From assembly GCA_964016885.1 (NCBI GenBank), contig OZ024746.1, positions 92,690,001-92,754,000 on the forward strand: 64,000 nt of DNA, read 5' to 3'. Position 1 is the stretch's first letter, and every line of letters starts with the position of its first letter. A program made the position numbers and the translations under genes. Below are positions 53,795 to 64,000 of this stretch, piece by piece. The notes beneath the pieces were generated by a model. It was not told the DNA's origin. It searched no databases and saw only the letters and a list, made by a program, of their open reading frames with translations. This DNA comes from Eledone cirrhosa (taxonomy: Eukaryota).

Positions 53795-55340
53795 TACTAT
53801 GATGAATAGCAACCCTGATAGATTCCTACCTATACCTCGAATTTCTCCCTAAACTCACTTCCTACTCTTACTTTACTTACAGCTCCTCTGTACATGGCTT
53901 GCACTGCTCTCACAAGACATTCTTCTACACCTCAGTTTCTTAAGGATCACCAGATATTAGGTCGAGGTATTCTGTCTAAGGCCTTTTCTAGATTAACAAA
54001 AGCTAAATATAGCTTATGATTGGCTAGAACTTCTCTTGACGTTACCTCTCTAGTACTTTTCCCAAACATGAAACCAAACTTTGTCTACTTTCCTAATTAG
54101 CTGCGCTGTAACTCTTTCGTCACTTTCATAACTTGGTCCATTAGTTTTATTCCTTCATAGTTGCTACTTTCTAGAGCATTACCTTTGTCCTTGTAGCAAT
54201 TTATGACTGTCATTGGGTATGACTCTGTCCTGCAATACCTGGTTGACTATGCGGGTTAATAGTTTGACTCCTACTTCTGATATGTTTATCAGTTGATGTT
54301 TCTGCAGCTTATAACTGTCAACTTCAATAGCCGGTACCCTTGTTGGGTAAGTTGGGAGTAGTTTCTCTTCCTCCCATTTGTTCTCTACATTTATCAGTCT
54401 CTCATAGTAACATTTCCAGGCCTCTTTCTTTTAAGCATCAGTGGTGCTAAATACACCAGTGTCATTTCTAACATACTTTTCCTCAACAGCATCCTGATTT
54501 ACACTGTAATGCAGAACACTTCACGTTCTGCATCCTCACGTCTCAAGATATTGGCAAACTTTCTTTCTTCAGCCTCTCTCTGAGCTGTGATTAGCTTCTC
54601 TCTTAGCTACCAGGTACCAATCTCTGCTACCTCCAGTTTCCCAGTCTCCATGCTTCTTTCATGGTTTTAACAGCCCTATCCAGTGTGCTTTTCCACCACC
54701 AAGTCACCCTCTATCTGGTTGGCTCTTTACTCCAGACACATGTCTCATTAGTTGTTTGCAAAAGTTTATCATCATCATCGTCTAATTTCCATCTTCCATG
54801 CTAGCATGGTTAGGACAGATTGTCACTTAGTGAGGGATCAGGTCAGTGGACCATGAATTTACTCACACAGAACTGATTTTGGCTTGGTTTCTACAGCTGG
54901 ATGCCCTTCCTAATGCCAACCAAGAATTTCCAGTTGTCCTCTATGTTATATGTATTTAACTTGTCACCCCTCTCGCAAATTGCATCCTGTAGGGCCTTTC
55001 TAAATGAAGGGTCCTTTAGCTTCCAAATCCTCTGTCTCCATATTTTCCTACATATCTTATTCTATCTTGTGTATTTAGTCTGATGTCGCTAATAACTAAC
55101 TTGTGTTGGGTGGTGCATTGTTCCCCAGGCAAGGCCTTAGTATTTATTACAGTCAATTTATCTTGTTTTCTTACAAGTAAGTAATCAATTTGGCTAGTGT
55201 GTTCACCTGATTGATATGAGGTCAGATGGCTAGTTGGTTTCCTGAAATTTGTGTTGCAAATGGTTAGTTCATTTGCATCACAGAATTCCAGGAGCCTGAA
55301 TCGCTTTTCATTTCTTGAACCATAACTACTGAATCTGTTC
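53795..55340 (-). mobile_element. RTE LINE endonuclease/RT fragments, decayed, interrupted by a 3'-end copy at 54770-54920
   Basis: ORF 55016-55342: RLLEFCDANELTICNTNFRKP…SQIDYLL…QHKLVISD; NLEKA remnant near 53990. Confidence 0.8.
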
Positions 55341-55371
55341 ATTAATGGATAGTCCCAAAGTCCCTTCTTGT

Positions 55372-57420
55372 CTGTGATTGAGAGAATGTCTGTTTACTGT
55401 TATTCCCACTCCATTAAATTATTATTTTGGTTCAATTGTTAAATATAAATCATTTTCTTCCATTTCCTTTCAACTAAATTTTATCCTTATCTATGTTGAA
55501 GAGAAGAGCCAGCCTGTTAAAAGTAGTTACAGCCCTGTTTAGTATTGTATGTTCGACACGAGAGATCCTTAGCGAAAATGAGGCCTAGTATTTGAAAGGA
55601 ACTGCAAGGTTCTTCTAATTTCATATTGTTAATGTTTAAAGGTGGAGAGATGCAGTGATGTTTTAGTAGCATAGACATATATTAAACAAAGCAAATAAAC
55701 AATGACATTAAAAATAAATAAGGTCTTTCACTGATTTGGTTTCAGTTATTTGACTGGTCTGGATTTATACAGAGGACAGCTTGTTAAAATGTTTCAGCTA
55801 CCTTATTAATGCTAGAACATATTTAAATATATTATTTCTCATCGATATCTGTTTGAAACATTTTGAAATGGAGATATCTACATTGTCTTAACTAAACAAT
55901 ATACCGAGAAACTCAATGTGCTATTATGATTTTAAATCAGACAGATCAAATAAGTTCAAGGTAAGGTCCAGGAGGTAAGATCTGAAAGATTGGAAAATAC
56001 CCTGTATCACAGATCATTAATATGCATTTAAAGAGAGTTAGTTTATTGTTTTAGAGATATTTGGCTGCTATTTCTAGCCTGTTGAGTAATCGTATAAGGA
56101 CTTTCCATGTTGACTTGTGCTAGAAATAGCAACCAAAGCCCCCCAAATCTATACCCTACTGTTTTTAAAAACTGAAGGGCACAGAGCTAGATGGGTTGAT
56201 CAAGGGTGGGCTGTCTTTCGTTCGAAGTTTACTCCTGCAGAGTTCTTCCTTGGTCAAACAATTTCCCCAATATATATATATATATATATATATACACGTG
56301 CGCTCTCATGTGTATGGTGCCATGATAAAGTGCTCCTAGTACACAATCGAATTTGACCCGTCATAAAACGGGTAAATTTGGTGAGTGTATACATTTGTCA
56401 CTGTGGGTAACATCAAGTAATTTTATATAGGTAAAAATAATTATAATTCTCTGGTAGTTTTATGAAACATTTTATTTCTGTACTTAATTTTGTCAATCTC
56501 GGTTGTGAGGAAAAGACAAGAGTCACTGATAGTGGTGTGTTATACAGGGATTCTACCTCTAACCCAAGGGTAAATTGGAAAATCATTGAGGATCTAACAA
56601 TCGACTTCTAACAGTCCAGCTTTTTCGATTCATACAATTACTTCTAATGTATGTTATCATTAGTTTTAAGGAGTTTTACACTGGTTCAAAAACCGCCATG
56701 CTTCCTGAGATTCGCTGATACTACACCTAATATCTCCCCTCCATACACATGCACACATGTATATCATGAAACATACACTATTCCTTCCCTGACATTTGTA
56801 TATTATTCTATGTACTATACATGCACCTTTGACGAGTTGTAGTGCGCCTGAGTACTGTACACAATAATTTCATTATTATTATTATTAAACTGTTATACAC
56901 TCTACATACAATATACAGACACTGCTGACCTCCCCTTGACTAGTTTTCATGAAAGTGTCTGCACACATACAATTCTATTCTAATGGCCAGTTTTTTTCTC
57001 TCAGGTCATCCGAGCTTCGTCATTCATTTGCAATTGTGTTGCACATCCAGCAGAGCGTGTTCAATTTGTTGACATGTGCACACCAGAATATATATATGTA
57101 TGTAATATCTATATATATGTAAGTACGAATATATATGTTTGTGTGTGCGTCAGCATGCCTCAGAAATTATTAGATGGAAGTCCCTTTTTGCCTGTGATTG
57201 AGAGTATGTCTGTTCACCATTCTTCCCACTCCATTAAATTATTATGTTGAAGAGAAGAGACAGTCATGTTTAGCAATGTACGTTCGACACAAGAGATCCT
57301 TAGTGAAAGTGAGACCTAGTATTTGGAGGGAACTCCAAGGGTCTTCTAATTTCATGTTGTTAATGTTTAACAGTGGAGAGATGCAGTGATGTTTTAATAG
57401 CATAGCCATATATTAAACAA
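55372..57420 (-). mobile_element. Two related CR1/L2-like LINE fragments (55372-55690 and 57192-57420)
   Basis: Direct repeat pair; minus-strand frame PPLNINNMKLEEPCSSFQILGLIFAKDLS resembles an RT-thumb (.LG..F..DLSW) region. Confidence 0.55.
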
Positions 57421-57870
57421 ACCAATGTGTAATATATTCAGACTAGTGTCCTCATGTTGGTTGTTACAGCCACAGTGCTTCATTTGTTGTACCTTTCAGC
57501 CATCTTCAAAGGAATTATTATTATAAACTGATGTAATCAGAAGAATTAGGTGTAAAAGCCAAACTCGCTATCCTCAATTTGTGAATCTTGGGTAATGACC
57601 AAAAGAATACAATCACGAATACAAGCGGCCGAAATGAGGTTCCTCCAAGGGGTCTTTGGAGTAACGATACTTTATATAGTGCATAGCTCAGAAATCAGAG
57701 AGGTGCTCCTGGTAGAGCTGCTACTTCTCCGATAAAATTTATTAGAAGTTTGATTGAAAAATAAGGACAGGACAAACATTTAAATGTGAATACATAACCA
57801 GTTTATTAATGACATTACAAATTATGGTGCAAAAATCATGGTGTACAAGCAAAATACATACAGAACCATC

Positions 57871-58180
57871 TGCAGATCAATCATTGTATCTGGAGAGATC
57901 AAACATAATACAGTAATAATTGCAGATGAATCAATCAATGTATCTGGAGAGATCAAACATAATACAGTAGTAATTGCAAATCAATCAATCAATGTATCTG
58001 GAGAGATCAAACATAGTACAGTAGCATTAACAGATTAATCCATGTATCTGTAGATTAATCAATGTATCTACAGGTTAATGTGTCTATAGATCAATTAATG
58101 TATCTGCAAATCAATCATTGTATCTAGTGAGATCAAACATCAATATATTAAACTACAGATCATTGTATCTGGAGAGATGA
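57871..58180 (+). repeat. 54-bp minisatellite (tgtatctggagagatcaaacataatacagta…)
   Basis: tggagagatc at 57891, 57945, 57999; degenerate copies to 58180. Confidence 0.85.
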
Positions 58181-60269
58181 AATAAAAATCCAAACAGGAT
58201 GGAATTAGCAACTAAATTGAGGACATGGTTTACAGTTTGACACCAAAATCACAATGCTTATTCTAGTAACAAGGTTTCAAATGTAGCCAACCAGTGCTAG
58301 TAAATGTGGGCAATCAATTTGTTGACCAACTATATGGAAATTATTTTTTTTATTATATTTGATTCTTTTTTTTTTTTTTCTCTTTCCATAGAAATTGTAG
58401 AAATCCAGATATTTTCTGTGATTAGGAACCCTCAGAAGATATACATGATGTTTGTAAATTTTACCATCCCAGTCAGTGTTAGGAAAAAATAATAATACTA
58501 ACAAAAAGTTAAAAAAACAACAACAACAAACACACAAAATAACAATTTGAAGCTTCCATATTATTTCTATTTTAGTGGACATGAAATCTACATGTTTAAC
58601 TTATCACAGATACAAAGCTTGATACAAAAAAGAGATATTTTAACAACAAAAATATTAACAACAGAGTGTGTGTGTTTTTCTTTTTTAATTTAGGATGAAA
58701 AAAATATATAAAAATTTCATAAATGATGTCAAATCAAAAAAATATTAACATAAATATATTTATCTTCAAAAAAAAAAAATTTTGGAAATAACATTTGTTT
58801 GGTTTTTTTTTGTTCTTTAACCTGGCCTGAAGCCATATAGAATAATTGAGGGAGGTTAAAAAAAAGTTAGTCTTCCTCAAGCCTAGAGGTTTACCATGCC
58901 AGCGCTGATCCTGGTTTTACGTGGTGTTAAGCAACTGGAAGTATGAGACTTCCCTCTGGATAGGATGCCAGTCCATCGCAAGGTGAATCCCCAGATGCTG
59001 CTGGTACTCGTTTTTTCAGTTGAATTGACTAAAGCAATGTGAAATGAAGTGTTTTGCTCAAAAACACAATGAGCCACCCCAACTGAACATTGAACCCATG
59101 GCCTTACATTTGTGAGCCTAATTCTTCAACCACTGGGCCACATGCCTCTACAATCGAGGGAGGAAGAACAGAAAATGTGATGGTATAGTTTAGTGCAGTA
59201 AGTGGTTTCTTTCTGAAGATCAAAACTGAGCTAAGAGTTTCATTTAGCAACAATTGACTACTGAGTCACTGCCTCAATATACAGTCTAAAACTAGTTTCT
59301 TTTGATAAGATTATAAGTCATTCTGTAATAATTTAGCAGAACATGTCGAAAAACAAGTTTGTTAATTCAAATGTTTATAATATCTTTACTAGTGGACAGA
59401 TCATTGTGAACATTTACAGTATTTGACTAAAAGACATTTTAATTCATAACATCCTGTAATGATACAATAGATGTCTAAAAACAGGCTTGTTAATTTGTTA
59501 GTTCATATCATTTTTACTAGATTATTATGAAGTTCTGCAGTATTATCACATACTGTGATGGTTTAGCAAAAGATATATAGAAATGAGTTTGTTGATTCAA
59601 ATGTTTATAGCGTTTTTATCAGTGGACAGATCATTGTGAAAGTTTGCAATATTAGAGTATCCAAGAATCGCTTGCTAATATGGTTTCATGTGGTACAGGA
59701 TGTTAAAAGATAAACATTATATCATCTCTAGCTATAGGTAAATTGCTACAATTTATTAAAAAGAAAAGAAAGAAAAAACCCATAAAATTATGAGTTCTAT
59801 TGTGATATGATTGAGGGAGTGGTGTGATTATGAAGGAAATTCTCTAATTGCAAAGTTTTTTGGTAACATATACTTTTTTTTATAGATTCCTTTTTCCAGG
59901 TTTTATTTTAGAGTTAAACCTCTAAATACAAACAGTGTCCTATTTATAGCTAATTGTCAGAGTAATGGAATATTTTATATTTATGAAGATAACCATCAGT
60001 TTTACATCTATTTTCCATGTTGGTATGGGTTAGACAGGTTGTCACATTCTGAGATTTGACAGTTCAGATGACCATAACTTACTCATATGTTCCATTCTGG
60101 CATGGTTTCTATGGATACCCTTCCCATGGCGAACCACTTTATTACAGAGTGGACTGAGTGCATTTTATCATGGCACCATATATATATATATAGTTATTAA
60201 GGAAACAAAACAAACAGGGATGCAAAATACAGTTACATTAGGTTCACACTAGGAGGATATGGAGAAGGG

Positions 60270-60303
60270 TTCGATGTTTTGGACAGAAGTCCTTCATCAG
60301 GAA
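60270..60303 (-). ncRNA. CpG-decayed minimal hammerhead motif
   Basis: Minus strand TTC-CTGATGA-A-GGAC/GTCC-AAAAC-ATC-GAA; two CG>CA changes from GAAAC-GTC. Confidence 0.6.
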
Positions 60304-63300
60304 AGTTCAGCGACACACACATACTTGATAGGAAACCTATTTAACACTATAATTTTCATGTAAAATATATTAGTTAGTTTTGATATCCATACATTACGAA
60401 CATATAAACAAGTAACTTATTAATAAATAAATTTTTAATGGAAATTATAGAATTATAGTATTAAAACATTTTTATGGTGCCAGACGTTTGAACACACATC
60501 CACGTGTGTGTGTGTATCATACCCCCATTATTTTAAAGCCATTTTCCACGTTAGTATGAATGGGACTGTATATATATGCAAGCATGGAAAAAGTATGTAA
60601 AATGATGGTGATCATATATATACTTTTACCTGTTCCAGCTATCTGGCTGAGGCCATGCTGGGGCATATATATATATATCATCATCATCATCATCACCACC
60701 ACCAGGCATGGGTTGGACAGGTTGTCACAGTCTGAAACGAGACAGGTTGGAACAACCCAATCTTGTTCATACATTCCATATTTAGCATGTAAAACATGTC
60801 GATGCCTCTTCCCCTTAAAGGGTATACTGGATGTATTTTTTTCATGTCATCACCACTAACACTTTACATTTTATTATGGCACCAGCACTAGACTGGTTGT
60901 TTTATGCTCAACTGTTTGAAAGGTTCTCTCAAAAGCTATATTTATTTTCAATTGCCAACATTTACTGATCACACACATTTACTGTGTCACAATGCTTGTA
61001 CAAGCAAGCAGGTCTTTTATTTTTTGGCAAAGCATAATGCCAGACAGATCAATCCTATTTAAACTAAAATCTTCCAACATAATTTTATATAAAACCGTAA
61101 ATTAAGATACTATTTTAGTAATTCAATAATAAATAACTTTTATTAATTGAAATAGAGTGTATTTCATTATAAATATGGTAATGAAAGAGTGAAAAATAAA
61201 GAAGACTGACCTCTATACAATACATATTATACCTAAGCTTAATAACCATAACAACAGCTCATAGATCACTATTAAAATTCTGTTTGAAATACTTTTTAAA
61301 GTCCTCACATGTTTAAAAAACACAAATTAAAATACAAAGAAGAAATATTTTAAATTATGCAGTAATATCTTTTACAAACCTAATACTTTTTTTATTATTA
61401 TTTTGGACAGAATTTATGTTGGCTTAATTTAAACCAATTTAAATTTACTGCAGTTATATTTTTTTTAACCTTTTAAACTTAAATTTTACAAGGTTTGTAT
61501 AATAAGAGGATATTGTGCAACATATAACAACTAAACTTAACACCATAACATTGCTGTCAAAGAAAATATATTATTATCTATACTGAGTGATATGATCATC
61601 ATTTTGCATTTGTTTTCCATGCTGGCATGGGTTAGACTGATATATTATTTCTAAACCTGAAGCCATAACGGTGATGTAATGAAAGAGAACATAAAATTAT
61701 CTACATTGAGCAATATATAACTATGATGCAGGCCACTGACCTATTTAAGTACTTGGTAGTGTGGGAATGTATGTAGGCTTAGAGGTCCATCTACTCAGAG
61801 TGTGATGACCCATCTAACTCTTGCTAGCAGGGAAAGCAGACGTTAAATGATGATGATAAACCTGACACTAGCAGTGATGTAATGAAATAGGACATTGTAT
61901 TATCTACATTGAGCAATATATAATAACTAAACCTAACACCACAGCCAGGTGCAATATATAATATCTAAACCAAACACCACAGCAATTATGTAAAAGCCTT
62001 TAAAGACAAACTCTAAATTTAGTGAAGCAATAAGAGAAATCAGAAGCCTTCTAAAGCTCTGATAAGGTGATAATTAAGAAAGTTGATTAAACAGATGAGC
62101 CTGAGTACAGTATAATATAAACTCTTGGAAGTACAGGTGAAAGTTAATGTACAGAGGCTCATCAGCAGGTCAGAGTTAATCCTGGTTTTGTATAGCATGA
62201 AATAAGTGAGAATTCAGGTGCCAGTCAATCACAGGGTTAACCCCTCAGTTGCTGAAACTCATTTTCAACAGAGTGAACTGAAGCAACATGAAAGGAAGTA
62301 CTTTGATCAAGGATACATGCCACCTGAAGTTGGGGATTCAACACATGACCTTATGATCGTTAAACCAACACTAACCACTAAGCAATGCACTTTCACAACA
62401 GGTAAAGACTATAAATAAATTAAACATTCTGGAATGTAGTAAGAATTTTTGTATGAAATTATTATTTTATTTTTGTATAAATATGGAATGAATATTTAGC
62501 ACTGAGTAATTGGAATGTCAAACTGGCAAATATGTCCGAGAAAACAAAGAACAAAGAATTCTTCAAATCTGCAGTTACTTTTCTGGCAATGGTTTATATA
62601 AAGCATTTTGGAAAATTTGTTTCAAATCTAACTATTAATAAAAAAAAATTTAAAAAAACTCTACTTTGTTTTGTAATCACCTAGACAGCTTTAAATACAC
62701 ACACACACACACACATATATATTATATACATTCTATTCATCTATGGGCCCCTATCTTCAGATTGAATCGTAGGGGCACAGCCAATTTCTCCATACATTCA
62801 TACATAAAACATTTACTGTTCTTTCATCTCCAGATGACTGACAGTAAAGTTTGGTGGGAAAACATTCAATGAAGATATGTCATTAACTTTATTATTATAT
62901 TAGTAATCAAGAACAACTGGATTTCCTATCAGCTTGTAGTCAAGGTAGTTGTAAGACATACACAACAGGTTGAAAAAAAACTATGTTGTACAATGTTTCT
63001 TTGGAAAATCACAAATATTTTGGTTTACAAACTAGCAAAAACAATTTTGAATATAAAAAAAAGGTCCCATATAAATGATAGTCTAAATTTAATAAAGACT
63101 TATCAGAATATGGTTAGAGAGAGAAAGTAGCCATTTCTCAGTTGACTACTATTAACCATTTTACACCACACAAAGAACAAGTAATCCACTGAATATAAAA
63201 AATTTTAGAAAAAAAAGAATTTTTTCAATTTAAATATCAGTATTTAAGGTGGGATGATTTTGTTACAGAAGCTTAGCTAAAACTTTGTTTCCTATAAACA

Positions 63301-64000
63301 TCTATTTTAAACTTGAAGGAATCACATCCTATAATGTTGCTAAGAAGCTTGTCACTGCTCTATTCATATAGAATTTACCATAGTCAGAAGAAGTAATAAA
63401 GCACCATTTATTACTTGAAATTAAAAAATATATATATAATTATAAACAAATTATAAGCAATGTTTTATTATTATATTTTTTCTGATAGTGGTTCTGTACT
63501 CTACTTATATATATATATATAGGAAAATGTTTGACCCCGACGGCAGAGCTCAAGCCGTTTCAACAGCTATTTCTGGACTCTGGTGCGTTGTGGTCCATCT
63601 GGTTCCTTACCACACCTCCTTCGTTATATATATATATATTATTCAGTACACATTAAGTAGATTCTGACTACAGATAACAAAAATGATGGTGCACAATAAG
63701 ACATTAGATATTACTGAAGTTTATAGTGACTATTGGGTTTCTTCTAAAAGAAAAATTCATTAGAAAATTCCAAGGAGCCTCTTACCAATACATAGAAAAG
63801 AAAAGAAAAGCTGTTGACGAGTTAAAAAAAAAAAAAAAAATCATGGTTATGAATTAAAAATAATTAAAAAATAAGAAATTTGTGGATGGTCATCTTAACA
63901 ATAAGAAGCGAGGGAATACATAGCATTGCATTGGCAGGATATAAACAGAGATAAAGCTTTTATCTATAACATAACACAAAACATAAATGTTAATTAATGC

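Noticed and set aside
57465-57520. Minus-strand TTGAAGATGGCTG motif, and a similar GAAACATG motif near 40290
   Set aside because: Too degenerate to complete a hammerhead fold.
57838-58038. ORF with 18-aa repeats (INVSGEIKHNTV)
   Set aside because: In-frame consequence of a 54-bp minisatellite, with no splice or homology support.
63522-63624. Minus-strand GAAACGGC…GCCGTC half-hammerhead between (TA)n tracts
   Set aside because: Stem III and the GUC triplet are good, but the core reads CAGATGG and stem I does not pair, so it is not called as a ribozyme.

Overview
AT-rich, repeat-dense eukaryotic DNA. The SINE, RTE-LINE and microsatellite content suggests a coleoid cephalopod, probably Octopus (inference). 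The window holds one complete protein-coding gene on the + strand: kynurenine 3-monooxygenase (KMO, cinnabar orthologue), 14 coding exons from 5260 to 47460. All introns are GT-AG and in phase, giving a 1371-nt CDS and a 456-aa protein. Introns and flanks carry many mobile-element relics: RTE LINEs (one family with a PHD-type finger next to the RT), a 4.5-kb L1/Tx1-type LINE inside an (AAT)n tract, CR1 3' ends, tRNA-derived SINEs and hAT-type MITEs with target-site duplications. There is also a 3.5-kb (CACAC)n satellite with higher-order structure and several minisatellites. The main signal not shown by the ORF track is a set of about 13 hammerhead-ribozyme (HHR) motifs. Several look intact and two show compensatory base changes. 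They sit in Penelope-like fold-back elements, mostly at (TA)n tracts, and several are sense to the KMO pre-mRNA. Structures were folded by eye, and repeat boundaries are approximate unless a TIR or TSD fixes them.
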